From Deltaproteobacteria bacterium (GTDB lineage: Bacteria; Myxococcota_A; Polyangia; Fen-1088): a stretch of 64,000 nt of DNA. Position numbers and translations under genes: made by a program. Location of the stretch: positions 32,001-96,000 of the forward strand of contig JANRKS010000011.1 of assembly GCA_033763315.1 (NCBI GenBank), written 5' to 3'. The stretch's first letter is position 1; the number at the start of each line of letters is the position of its first letter. Of this stretch, positions 9,720-19,656 are shown one piece after another. Under the pieces are notes generated by a model. It saw nothing but the letters and a program-made list of their open reading frames with translations, was not told the DNA's origin and ran no database searches.

Positions 9720-10073
9720 CGTCTCTCGAGCGCAGTCTAGCCACGCGCCCCGACCTCAACGTGAGCTTCGTGTGACAGATCTTGAGCACGCCGTTGCGCT
9801 TGAAACAGAAGTGTTGCGATTGGATCAGCTCTGCGGGCGCTGTGGCGCCTTCACGTCAGTCGGTCGCAGGCTTTGTGGTGGGCCATTCGGCGCCCCGCCA
9901 TCCTTGCATCCCCACTTGATATAGCGGAAGTTGCTCACCACGTGTCGCCTTGTGGGCGAGTTCGCGTGTAAGGTACGCTACCAGAAGTAGAGGCCCGACG
10001 GCAGTGTGGGCGGCGCAACACGCGCATGGCTCGTGCCGATCTCGGTTCTTGTGGGGCGGGGATGGGGGGGTGC

Positions 10074-10862
10074 ATGATGCCGCGCATGAAACCGAACCGA
10101 CTTCATGGCCTTGTGCGTTTGGGTGCTTCTGTTGTTGTGCTTTGTTTGGTGGCGAATCAAGCCGCTGCGGCTCCGCCCAAAGCGCCGTCGGCGAGCAAGT
10201 TGGTTTTTTCGTCGCAAGACAAACTTGTGATCATCGGCGACTCGGTGACGGACGCCGGCCGCAAACCCGCGGGCGAAGGGTTGTTCGACGCGCTTGGAAA
10301 GGGATGGGTGGCGTTGGTGGATGGCCTGCTCAGCAATCTTTACCCGCAGCTAGCGGTGCGCGTGGTGAACAAGGGCACAAGTGGAAACACCACGCGTGAC
10401 CTATTGAAGCGCTGGCAAGATGACGTGATCGCCGGCAAACCCCAGTGGGTGGCGGTGTTCATCGGCATCAACGATGTCTGGCGCCAATTCGATGTGCCTC
10501 GCATCCCGGAGGACGCTGTTCCCATCGACGAGTACGAGCGCAATTTGGAATCCATGATCACCGCCACGCTGCCCAACGTGAAGGGGATGATATTGATGAC
10601 TCCGTTCTATATGGAGCCCAACAAAGCCGACAAAATGCGCATCGCCATGGATCGCTACGGCGCTGTGGTGAGAAAGCTCGCCACCAAATACAAAACGCGC
10701 TTCGTCGATACGCAGGCCGCCTTCGACGAACTCATGCTTCATCACTACCCCGCCACGATCGCCTGGGATCGCATTCATCCCAACCACATCGGCACCATGG
10801 CGTTGGCGCGCGCGTTCCTTAACGCTGTGGGCTTTGATTGGTCGCTGGCGGCGGCGCGATGA
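10074..10862 (+). CDS. Secreted SGNH/GDSL hydrolase
   Basis: GDSVT, GTSGN, GIND, DRIHP blocks; start uncertain (10074-10086). Confidence 0.9.
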   Translation: MMPRMKPNRLHGLVRLGASVVVLCLVANQAAAAPPKAPSASKLVFSSQDKLVIIGDSVTDAGRKPAGEGLFDALGKGWVALVDGLLSNLYPQLAVRVVNKGTSGNTTRDLLKRWQDDVIAGKPQWVAVFIGINDVWRQFDVPRIPEDAVPIDEYERNLESMITATLPNVKGMILMTPFYMEPNKADKMRIAMDRYGAVVRKLATKYKTRFVDTQAAFDELMLHHYPATIAWDRIHPNHIGTMALARAFLNAVGFDWSLAAAR

Positions 10863-10882
10863 TGGCTCTGCGTCGTTGACCG

Positions 10883-12916
10883 TTACGACGCGCTGCTGGG
10901 GAAGCTGATGGGTTTGAACGAATCCGGCAGCTGTGGGTCATCGATCAACCCTTGCTGAATTAACGACCCATTGGCTTTCGTTGTCATTTCGGTTTCAAGT
11001 GCGGCCCGTGTGGGCAGCAGATCCCATGCGAGGCCAGCGCCACTGGCGCCTTCGCTTGTGGTCGCAGCGATGCGCTTGACCCACTCGATGCGCTTCGCGG
11101 GCGGCGGGTGGCTATCGAAGGGCGAGCCTGCGTCGGCCAGCGCTTCTGCCAAGGCGACGTCGATGGATGGTTCGGCTGGATCGGTGGCGGCCGCGGCGCG
11201 CGCGGCAGGGACGTACAGATTCGCGATGGGCTGACGGCTGGTTTCGGCCGTTTTCACCAACACGTCAACGTCGCGCGAGAACTCAATCGACCGACGAATG
11301 GCATGCACCAGACCTTGTGAGAAGGCTTCGGCCCCGAACGCAAGCGCGGCAAATTGATCCGCCATCACTTCTTGCAAGCGGCTGGCGCCGTGGGTGATGC
11401 GCAGGTACATGCCGTGAAAGCCCCTGATGAAAAGCCACGCGGGGTTGATCCAACTGGCTCCGCCCCCCTGGGCGATGCCAATGGCCGACTTGAACAGCGA
11501 AGCCTGCACAACCAACGCAAGATCGCCGCGCGCGGTGTCACGGTTTGAGAAGTGACCGTACTCGTGGGCTAGGATCGCTGACAGTTGGCTTACTGTCATT
11601 TCAGGCAACACCCCAAGCCCCAAGATCAAAGACCGCTGCCCTTGATCGCGCATGCGCTTCATCATGCTGCCCATTTCAACAACGGCGATGTCTGTGCCCG
11701 CGGTCAAATACACAGCATCCACGGGCCGCGTTTTGACCCGTGCCGCAATGTCTCGCAACAGGCGCCACAACGCCGGCGCTTCTGCCTCTGTGAGGGCGCG
11801 GCCCAACGAAGGCTCAGGCCCGCGCTTGATGAACAGTGACTTGAGCATCGACCAAACCGAAATGATCGCGCCTATCGCCAACAGAACACAAAGCTTCACG
11901 GGGATCCTGCCAAGCGCCACGAAGGCCATGATCACGCCGCCCGCCAACAAAAGGACCACGGCGATCACGATAGGAATTGAGATGTAAAAGTACGCGGCGC
12001 CGGCGCCGATGAGCCAACCGTAGACGCGGCGAAAGCTGCGGGTGCTGCGATCCAGTGCCTCAGCGTTGCCAGCGGCGCTTTCCACAGCGCGAACGACCTT
12101 GTGGCTCAACCACATGCCGGCCAAGAAGAGGATTCCCAGACCCAGGAGCCACACAGCCAATGTGGCGATGCCCCATTTGGCGTAGCGCCAGCGTCGTACG
12201 TGCTCGGTGACGCCGCTGCGGTCCGCAAAGTCGTTGGCTGCCGTCTGGGGGAATCCAAGCTCAACCGCCTTTTCCAGCGCCACCTGCGCCTCGTTCAAGC
12301 GATCGCTGTTCACCAACCAAAGCGCCTTGTAAAAATAGGTTCCGGGACTGGAGGCGGCTTGCGTTTCAAGCAGCGAGACGTGGTAGCCAAGCTCATCAAG
12401 ATCGTTGCGAGCCAACGCGAGTGTGATCGCCGCGATTGTGACGCTAGGCCCGGGGTGCTGCGTCTTTAGTGCGTCCAGGAGATCAAACGCCTCGCGGAGA
12501 TCTTGCGGCTGGGTTGGCTCCATCAACAATGCTTCCGCCAGCGTCAATTGGGCTTGCCACACCGTCTGTGCCTCCACGGCCTGGCGGGCGTAGCGTAGCG
12601 CCTCTGGTTTGTGGGCTTCCTCCCGTTCAAGGGACGAGAGGCGCCATAGTGTTGGAGCGTGGTTCGGTGCCTTAGCGAGAACACCCAAGAATGCTTGCTT
12701 CGCTGCAGCCACGTGGCCGTCGTCCATCTGCTGCGTGGCGGCGGCAAAATCGGCGGCAAGGTCTGGTGAAATCTCCCTGAGCGGGGCCGCGAACCCGGCT
12801 TCCTTCGCGGGGTCGCGGGGCTGCCGCGCGGGGGCGGCGGAAGCGCGTGCCGGGCAAGCCAACGCCAGAATGAACGTGATTGCAATGAGGCTGAACCGCG
12901 ACCTTGTGTGGGCCAT
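10883..12916 (-). CDS. TPR-containing M48 (HtpX-like) zinc metalloprotease
   Basis: Signal peptide, TPR-like helices, TM segments, AHEYGH, QEVMAD, SHPP. Confidence 0.88.
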   Translation of the reverse strand: MAHTRSRFSLIAITFILALACPARASAAPARQPRDPAKEAGFAAPLREISPDLAADFAAATQQMDDGHVAAAKQAFLGVLAKAPNHAPTLWRLSSLEREEAHKPEALRYARQAVEAQTVWQAQLTLAEALLMEPTQPQDLREAFDLLDALKTQHPGPSVTIAAITLALARNDLDELGYHVSLLETQAASSPGTYFYKALWLVNSDRLNEAQVALEKAVELGFPQTAANDFADRSGVTEHVRRWRYAKWGIATLAVWLLGLGILFLAGMWLSHKVVRAVESAAGNAEALDRSTRSFRRVYGWLIGAGAAYFYISIPIVIAVVLLLAGGVIMAFVALGRIPVKLCVLLAIGAIISVWSMLKSLFIKRGPEPSLGRALTEAEAPALWRLLRDIAARVKTRPVDAVYLTAGTDIAVVEMGSMMKRMRDQGQRSLILGLGVLPEMTVSQLSAILAHEYGHFSNRDTARGDLALVVQASLFKSAIGIAQGGGASWINPAWLFIRGFHGMYLRITHGASRLQEVMADQFAALAFGAEAFSQGLVHAIRRSIEFSRDVDVLVKTAETSRQPIANLYVPAARAAAATDPAEPSIDVALAEALADAGSPFDSHPPPAKRIEWVKRIAATTSEGASGAGLAWDLLPTRAALETEMTTKANGSLIQQGLIDDPQLPDSFKPISFPSSAS

Positions 12917-13055
12917 GCAGCTTTATCGGCAAGGCACGTCCAAAGGTTGCTGCAAAAGCGTCGACGCCGGCGTGCCAGCAATGAATTAACGATCGATTCG
13001 CCATACCCGCGGCTTTTATCGTCAGCCAACGTACACAAGCGGTTAACATGGCGCC

Positions 13056-14390
13056 GTGAAACCGGTGGCTTGGCTTTACGTGTTCCTGCTCGCCAGTGGC
13101 GGCTCGTGCAGTTCTCGCGCGCAAGTTGCAGCAGGCGATGGAGGCAGTGGGGGAGGGCAAGACTTCGGGGGGCGCGGTGGTGAGGCGGGTGCGTCCGCCT
13201 CGGGCGGCCAGAGAACTGGAGGCCAAGGAGGCGTTGGCGGCAGTGTCGCCCAGCCCGCTGGTGGCCAAGGTGCCATGGCAAACAATTCCGGCGGCGTCGG
13301 AGGATCTATGATGCAAGCAAAAGCAAAAACCTGGGTGTTCGTCGGCGGCTACGGAACAAACATCGAGACCTTCAGCTTCGATCCCGACACGGGTGCCCTG
13401 ACGTCGTCCGGCCTCACGGAGGGGGTGCCCGAGGCGCCCACGTTCTTGGCCCTGGACGAACCGCGCAAACTGTTGTTTGCGATCAGTGAGAAGGGTGGGC
13501 CCGATGCCCCGCAACCAGGCCGGGCGACTTCGTTTCGCATCGACGTTAGCACTGGCAAACTCGCGCGCATGAGTGAAGTCTCAGCGGGTGGCAGCAACAC
13601 AGTGTTTGTGGTGCCAAGCCGCGCGGGCAAGAATCTGCTGACCGCCAGTTCCAGCACCGCCGCGGGCACCATTGCGGTGATACCGATGACGGAGGACGGC
13701 ACTCTGCGTGCGCCAAGCGATTCGGTAGTCGCAGGCAAGAACGCGCACGGTCTTGTGCAATCTCCCGATGGCCAGTGGATCTGGGCTGTTTGCCGTGGCG
13801 ACGATTTGATCGCACAGTACAGGCTCGACGAAACACAGGGCAAACTGACGCCGCTTGGCACAGCCTTGGTGACCATTGTCGATAAGCCGGCCGGGCCGCG
13901 GCACATCGCCGTTCATCCCACGCTCAAGGTCGTTTACGTTCTGCTCGATTGGGGCGGCAAGATTGTGACCTACAGTTACGGTGCCGACGGGCTGTTGTCG
14001 AACCCACGCGCGGTGTCCGTTTTTCCGCAAGGCAAGCAACCAACCGCGGCGGCGGGAACGCAAACGGCTGCGGAACTCGCGGTGTCGGCGGACGGCAAAC
14101 ACGTGTATGCCACCACGCGCGCGGCAAACTTCCAGAGCATCGCGATTTTGAACGTTGCAAATGATGGTCAACTGGCTTTGGCAGCCAACGAACAAGCGGA
14201 CGGCATGATCAAAGGGCCGCGCCACTTCTCACTCACCTCTGACAACCAGCATCTTGTGCTGGCGAACCAGGATAATGACACTTTGCTTGTGTTCAAAGTT
14301 GATGTTGGGACGGGCAAGCTTGCGCGACTGGGGGCGCCGATCGCCACGAAAGTGAAAATGCCCAACGCCGTGGCGATCGGGCGGTTCTAA
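13056..14390 (+). CDS. Lactonase-family (6-phosphogluconolactonase-like) beta-propeller, probable lipoprotein
   Basis: FVGGY, AHG, GPRHIAVHP, GPRHF, LANQDND; Gly-rich linker. Confidence 0.88.
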   Translation: MKPVAWLYVFLLASGGSCSSRAQVAAGDGGSGGGQDFGGRGGEAGASASGGQRTGGQGGVGGSVAQPAGGQGAMANNSGGVGGSMMQAKAKTWVFVGGYGTNIETFSFDPDTGALTSSGLTEGVPEAPTFLALDEPRKLLFAISEKGGPDAPQPGRATSFRIDVSTGKLARMSEVSAGGSNTVFVVPSRAGKNLLTASSSTAAGTIAVIPMTEDGTLRAPSDSVVAGKNAHGLVQSPDGQWIWAVCRGDDLIAQYRLDETQGKLTPLGTALVTIVDKPAGPRHIAVHPTLKVVYVLLDWGGKIVTYSYGADGLLSNPRAVSVFPQGKQPTAAAGTQTAAELAVSADGKHVYATTRAANFQSIAILNVANDGQLALAANEQADGMIKGPRHFSLTSDNQHLVLANQDNDTLLVFKVDVGTGKLARLGAPIATKVKMPNAVAIGRF

Positions 14391-14393
14391 TGC

Positions 14394-14819
14394 TCACGGC
14401 GCGCAGGTTGCTTTGCCACCCACCACATTACAAGCGCCAGCGCACGCCATCTCAACCCGCCACACACCGATGTCGCCCGAGACGTTTTGGTGAGGCTGTT
14501 CGCTGACCCACACGCAGCGGACCAGCTGGTTGGCGGCGGTGCACGACTTTGTGTTTTTGGCATGGCAGGGACTTTCAACAATGGGCTTGCGGCAGCTTGA
14601 ATCCGTCAGGCCACCGCACACGAGCCCTTCGGCCACGCAGTCTTTGTCCACCAGGTTGCCACCATCGCCTTGCGGCTCCTTCACACACGTCTGCAGCGTG
14701 TTGCCTTCACAATTGGTAAAGCCCGGTGGATTACACGGCCGCTCGCTGCTGCCGCACCCCGCGAGGGCGCCAAGCAGCAGTACTACCAACAAAGAAGCTT
14801 TCACAGGCCATCTGGTCAT
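14394..14819 (-). CDS. Small Cys-rich lipoprotein
   Basis: Lipobox LAGC; many Cys in two repeated modules. Confidence 0.7.
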   Translation of the reverse strand: MTRWPVKASLLVVLLLGALAGCGSSERPCNPPGFTNCEGNTLQTCVKEPQGDGGNLVDKDCVAEGLVCGGLTDSSCRKPIVESPCHAKNTKSCTAANQLVRCVWVSEQPHQNVSGDIGVWRVEMACAGACNVVGGKATCAP

Positions 14820-14981
14820 CGCGGGCCCCCATCGGCAGAAACGTCGAGGGGTTGAGCGCGTGGGGCTGCGACCAAAGCCGGGTGGCCACGGTACCCGGTG
14901 TAGACAACAGCCCGGTCAGTAGAAAACTTTTTCGATTTCCTTTGCTAAAGCGGGGGACCCCGGGTGCTTTAGGGACATCAC

Positions 14982-15491
14982 ATGGAGGCTGAGACGAAGC
15001 GACAGCGACTCGGACGGACATACGACCGATTCGGCGGATTGGTGTTCCGCCGCGCCATGAAGCTGTTGCAGGATGAGGCGGGGGCACGGGATACGTGCCA
15101 CGAGGTGTTCGCAGCTCTGCTGCGCGACGATGGGCCGCTCAACCGGCCGGATGACGAGCTTCTGGCTTGGTTGTACCGCGCCACCACGAACCATTGCCTA
15201 AATGATCTGCGCAACCGCCGCAGGCGGACGGCACTGTTGGCTGCGGGAGAGGCCCCGGCGCTTATGGCCGCAACGGGCCTACCCCTGGGGCTTCTGCTGC
15301 GCGGGATGCCGGAGGATCTGCAGCCCTACGCGATCTTTTATTACATCGACGAAATGACCCAACAGGAGATCGCGGAGGTCATGAGTGTTTCTCAACGAAC
15401 GGTCTGCGGCCGTCTCCAGGAGTTGCGGGCATTTCTTGACGCCAATTTTTCGGAGACAAAAGCAGCAGTGAAGGAAGGCAAACTCGGATGA
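14982..15491 (+). CDS. ECF-type RNA polymerase sigma factor
   Basis: DTCHEVF, WLYRATTNHCLNDLR (region 2), MTQQEIAEVMSVSQRTV (region 4). Confidence 0.9.
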   Translation: MEAETKRQRLGRTYDRFGGLVFRRAMKLLQDEAGARDTCHEVFAALLRDDGPLNRPDDELLAWLYRATTNHCLNDLRNRRRRTALLAAGEAPALMAATGLPLGLLLRGMPEDLQPYAIFYYIDEMTQQEIAEVMSVSQRTVCGRLQELRAFLDANFSETKAAVKEGKLG

Positions 15492-16234
15492 ATCACGAAA
15501 CCAAGCAAGGCATGCCAACGCAGCGCTGTCCGAGCGATTACGCGATCGACTGCCACGTATTTTTGTCGGGTGTGAAGGATCAACCGGAAGTCGCCGCTCA
15601 CCTCCGCACGTGCGTTCTGTGTCATCGACGACTCAAGATCGCGCTTGAGACAATGGCACCGTCTGGCGTGAATGACTGGCAGACGCCCAAACCGTTGTCT
15701 GCGCGTCGGCGATATTGGGTAACGGCATCTGTACTGGTAGCGGCGGCAAGCTGCGCGCTCCTCGTCAGGCCCCAGCGTCCACAATCGTCCAGCGAGCGGA
15801 CCAAAGGTGGCGATGTCCATCTAAACGTCATTGGACGCAGCCCCGAAGGTCGCGTACGCCGTCTATTGTCCGGGGAAGCCGTGCAGCCATCTGAACGCCT
15901 GCGTTTCGAGGTTGTGGGTGGCCCCGGATACGCCGCTGTGATCTCAATCGATTCCGCAGGCGTGGTTACGCCGTTTCTCCCCGCGGCTGGTGCAGCGGCA
16001 CCATTAACGGCAGGCTCGACGCTTCTGCGGGGCGCCGTGGCGCTGGACGAAGTACTGGGGACTGAACGCATGCTGCTTGCTGTGTGCTCGCATGCGTTCG
16101 ACGTGGCCGCGATGGTTCATTCGGCAAACGTTCGCCTGGATGCGGTTGCGGGCCAGGCAAACGACATCACGAAGCTGACCCTGCCGGGCGACTGCCGCTT
16201 TGATGCTTTCAATCTAAAAAAGGCGAACCCATGA
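15488..16234 (+). CDS. Putative anti-sigma factor (zinc-finger, TM, DUF4384-like periplasmic domain)
   Basis: HLRTCVLC (HxxxCxxC), single TM, RTKGG, ALDEVLGTE; ATGA overlap with sigma gene. Confidence 0.75.
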   Translation: MNHETKQGMPTQRCPSDYAIDCHVFLSGVKDQPEVAAHLRTCVLCHRRLKIALETMAPSGVNDWQTPKPLSARRRYWVTASVLVAAASCALLVRPQRPQSSSERTKGGDVHLNVIGRSPEGRVRRLLSGEAVQPSERLRFEVVGGPGYAAVISIDSAGVVTPFLPAAGAAAPLTAGSTLLRGAVALDEVLGTERMLLAVCSHAFDVAAMVHSANVRLDAVAGQANDITKLTLPGDCRFDAFNLKKANP

Positions 16235-17847
16235 CAACGACACTTTCGAAAGTCACCGTTGCGCTGGCGGTGTGCCTCTGTCTGCTGCCAGTCACCACGG
16301 CCCACGCAAAGCGCACCCATCGATACGCGCTCCTCATCGGTGCAAACCTCGGCGGTCGCGGCGTCACGCCGCTGCGGTACGCAGAATCGGATGCGCAGCG
16401 CTTGGCGGAAACACTTCGATCGCTTGGTGGTTTCCCAGCCGATCAAGTTGTTGTGATGAATGGAGTGAACGCATCTGATGTTCGAGACGCTCTCATCAAT
16501 TTGAACGCACGTCTGCGCAACGTCGCCGACGAGGCGGTGCTGCTGGTGTACTACTCTGGCCACGCCACAGGTGACAGCCTGCAGTTGTCGGACTCGCGCC
16601 TTGATGTCCATGAACTCAGCTCGCTCCTGCAAGGCTCGGCAGCGGCCACGCGGTTGCTTATCTTGGACGCATGCCGGTCGGGCGAGGCCACGCGCGTGAA
16701 AGGCGGCCGCCCGGCGCCCGAGTTCGAGGTTCTGTTCGGTGAGCCTTTGCCGAAAGGGGTGGCCATCCTAACATCGAGCGCAGCCACCGAGGATTCCCAA
16801 GAGTCGGAGACCCTGCGGGGGTCGTTCTTTTCTCACTTCTTCAACTCAGCGCTCATGGGAGCGGCTGACACCAACACCGACGGCACGGTGTCTGTATCAG
16901 AAGCTTTTGGGTTCGCCTCGCGTGAGACCAGTGCCGCGACCTTATACACGCAAGCGGGCCCCCAGCACCCGACCTTCAAGATTGATTGGGGTGGTCGCGA
17001 AGATCTCGTTCTCACTAGGCCGCGGACGCTTTCCCCTCAATCAGGTGCGCTGCAGTTTATGGATGCGGGCCGCTATGTGGTGAGCGCCAAAGACGCGCGT
17101 TCGGGTGTGGACTTGCCGGTGGCGGAAGTGGCCGCGCGCACGGGCGGCACGATGTTGGCGCTGCAACCAGGGACCTACCGGATCGTACGCCGCGGCTCCG
17201 ACCACGTGCTCGAGGGGCAGGCCGATGTGCACGGCGGAGATGTGGTGCGTCTGTCTTCGGAAGACATGAAACGCCACAGCTACGCCCGCGGTGTCCGCAA
17301 GGGTGGCAGCATGGGCGTCAGCCACAGCGTGGTGGTTGCTGGCGGCCTGGGTTGGAATCCGCTTGTGGAGAACATTGGCCCGATTGGGCTTTTGACTTAT
17401 CGGCAAGACCGCCGGGTGTTCTCCGGAGAAGTTCGGCTTGCGGGCGAGATGAGCAACCGTCTCCATCACGATCTGCGGCTTTACAGCAAGTCAGTGAGCC
17501 TCACCGCCGCAGCGATTTTGCCGAAAGACTTTGATTGGATCACGTTGGCGGCTGGTGTGGGGTTCGGCCTCGCCGCCATTCATCAGACGGCTGACGTCAG
17601 TTATAACGAATTCGGTCCCGGCCTCCAGGCTCCGCGCTTACCAGAGCAGTTGCCGTCGACGTTGTCTTGGGCTGCGACCGCGGTTCCCCTGCTGCAGGCA
17701 GAGCTGCCGCTCAAGGCGCGAGGCTATCTGCGATTGGAGGCGGCCTTGCCGCTTGAGTGGATGCGCACGCAGGAAGACGCTCTGCACTCTCAGCGGCGTT
17801 TGTTCTTGAGCGCGCGGTTGCTCCTGGGTTTTGGCTTTTATCTTTAA
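16231..17847 (+). CDS. Secreted caspase-family (peptidase C14) protein
   Basis: Signal peptide; RYALLIGAN, LRYAESDA, YYSGHA (His), LDACRSG (Cys), QHP. Confidence 0.9.
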   Translation: MTTTLSKVTVALAVCLCLLPVTTAHAKRTHRYALLIGANLGGRGVTPLRYAESDAQRLAETLRSLGGFPADQVVVMNGVNASDVRDALINLNARLRNVADEAVLLVYYSGHATGDSLQLSDSRLDVHELSSLLQGSAAATRLLILDACRSGEATRVKGGRPAPEFEVLFGEPLPKGVAILTSSAATEDSQESETLRGSFFSHFFNSALMGAADTNTDGTVSVSEAFGFASRETSAATLYTQAGPQHPTFKIDWGGREDLVLTRPRTLSPQSGALQFMDAGRYVVSAKDARSGVDLPVAEVAARTGGTMLALQPGTYRIVRRGSDHVLEGQADVHGGDVVRLSSEDMKRHSYARGVRKGGSMGVSHSVVVAGGLGWNPLVENIGPIGLLTYRQDRRVFSGEVRLAGEMSNRLHHDLRLYSKSVSLTAAAILPKDFDWITLAAGVGFGLAAIHQTADVSYNEFGPGLQAPRLPEQLPSTLSWAATAVPLLQAELPLKARGYLRLEAALPLEWMRTQEDALHSQRRLFLSARLLLGFGFYL

Positions 17848-17858
17848 GGAGAGTTCAG

Positions 17859-19571
17859 ATGCACAACGGCTGGTTTGGAATGAGCTGCACTTTCCGTCTT
17901 GCTTCGACTGTCGTGTGGACGATGTCCCTGGGATGTGGGGATCCTGCGCGAACGCACCCCTATTACGGGGAGCCGGCGGCCATCTTGACGATCGACGCAA
18001 ACGCTGCCACCACGACGCCCCTCGATGGTTACATATCGAGTTACTTCGTCGGACTCGAAGGGAGGCTAGGTGCGCCTGGCTACAAAGGAGCCACAACGGC
18101 CTACGGCGCGGGCGAGGGGCAATTGCTGCAAGGGCGCACTGAGCTTCCTTTCTACACAATTCTGAATTCATATGAGGCATCACCCTTCATCCATTTAGCG
18201 GGCCACTTCAGCCCCCGGAGCGGGCCAAACGTGATGTGGGATGAATCGAAGGTGCGGCGTTTGATCCCGAGACGCCATGTGGTGGCCTTTCGCGATTGGG
18301 ACGAAACGGCACTGCCTTTTGGTCCCAGTGGTGCTTCGCTCATCATTCCGCGCGGCGTGAGCATTTTCGAGCGTATCTGCAAACTCGATCATCAGGAACT
18401 GGTGCGCGTTCCCCTCAACACCCCGATCGAATTGATCGAAGTGGCGGCAGGCCCTGGATCAATCACACCGGAACAGACGGAACAAGAAGCGCTGCGCGCC
18501 TGCAATATCTCACTGCCTCCGGATGAAGTTGGTGAAAAGGTAGCCACTGGTGGCGCGCTCGATATGGCCTGGACATCGGACGGCAAGGCCTTGCTGTTCT
18601 TACCGCATGTGCCCGAAGCAGAACGTTCAGTCTTCGTCTCACCCCCAACGCCACCCATGGTCCGACATTCGCCCGCCATTCATCGCCTCACGATGGACAC
18701 ACGCATCACCCAGGTGTTGGCGGCCGGCGAGTTTCGTGGGCCGCTCCAGGTGTCGCCGCTTGGCCTGGCCTATGTCACCGTGACAACCGGAACCTCGCCG
18801 CGGGGCAACACTTATGAACTGCGACTTCCTGCCGAAGGAGGTGGCTTGCTCCGAGGCCTAGGCATTCCCGGAGGGGCGTGGTTGTCACCGGATGGTTCGC
18901 ACCTTGCCGCTCTCAGCACGGAGATCGGGGCCTACCGGCCGGCGGTGCGGCTCTTTAACGCCGCTACAGGTCAAAGCGTTGCCTCCGCGGAGGGCATGCC
19001 CGTACAATGGCTGGCAGACGGGCAGGGCTTTCTGTTGGTGTCATACGATGCCCGAGCGCTCACGAAATGGTCCGCCTTGCGTTTGGACGTAACTGGCGCG
19101 CTGTCTACCGTTGGCGAGGGAATTACCAGGGGCCCCGACGGCCTTCCGCCCCCGGCTCCTTATCGAGGTGGGAATGATGCCCGTTTGCTAGGCGCGCTTT
19201 TTTCACCAGCCGCCACAGTCATCATGCGAACGGCCATCGACCTTGCCTTATGGAGCTCGCCTATTCAAGATCCCGGCTTGCACCAATTGGTCATGGGCGC
19301 ATCTGCCGGGCGACTGCAACCGGACCTTGCGCGTGCCACAAACGCTGGACTCTTCATCTGGGCACGTAAGTGCCTTGGTCTCAACGAGACACAATGCTTC
19401 CACGAACTTCATCAGGTCACCGCGCAAGGAGTAGACACCGTCATCGCGCGAGCCCAGCATCCCGGTCCTGTGGCGCTGCATCCACAAGGCAATTCATTGG
19501 CCATTTCAACCCGTGACGACATCTTCCTGTTGCCGTTGAACGAACCCAAGCTCGCGGCGCGGAGACAATAA
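17859..19571 (+). CDS. Hypothetical lipoprotein with TolB-like propeller repeats
   Basis: AAGGAG SD; lipobox-like SLGC; WTSDG, LSPDG, WLADG, LHPQG blade motifs. Confidence 0.65.
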   Translation: MHNGWFGMSCTFRLASTVVWTMSLGCGDPARTHPYYGEPAAILTIDANAATTTPLDGYISSYFVGLEGRLGAPGYKGATTAYGAGEGQLLQGRTELPFYTILNSYEASPFIHLAGHFSPRSGPNVMWDESKVRRLIPRRHVVAFRDWDETALPFGPSGASLIIPRGVSIFERICKLDHQELVRVPLNTPIELIEVAAGPGSITPEQTEQEALRACNISLPPDEVGEKVATGGALDMAWTSDGKALLFLPHVPEAERSVFVSPPTPPMVRHSPAIHRLTMDTRITQVLAAGEFRGPLQVSPLGLAYVTVTTGTSPRGNTYELRLPAEGGGLLRGLGIPGGAWLSPDGSHLAALSTEIGAYRPAVRLFNAATGQSVASAEGMPVQWLADGQGFLLVSYDARALTKWSALRLDVTGALSTVGEGITRGPDGLPPPAPYRGGNDARLLGALFSPAATVIMRTAIDLALWSSPIQDPGLHQLVMGASAGRLQPDLARATNAGLFIWARKCLGLNETQCFHELHQVTAQGVDTVIARAQHPGPVALHPQGNSLAISTRDDIFLLPLNEPKLAARRQ

Positions 19572-19656
19572 GAACGTCATTACCGGCAGCTTCGCGCAAA
19601 GCTTGGCCAGGGACTGGCAACAATGCGCCTGGCAACGACATGAACGCGTTTATTGG

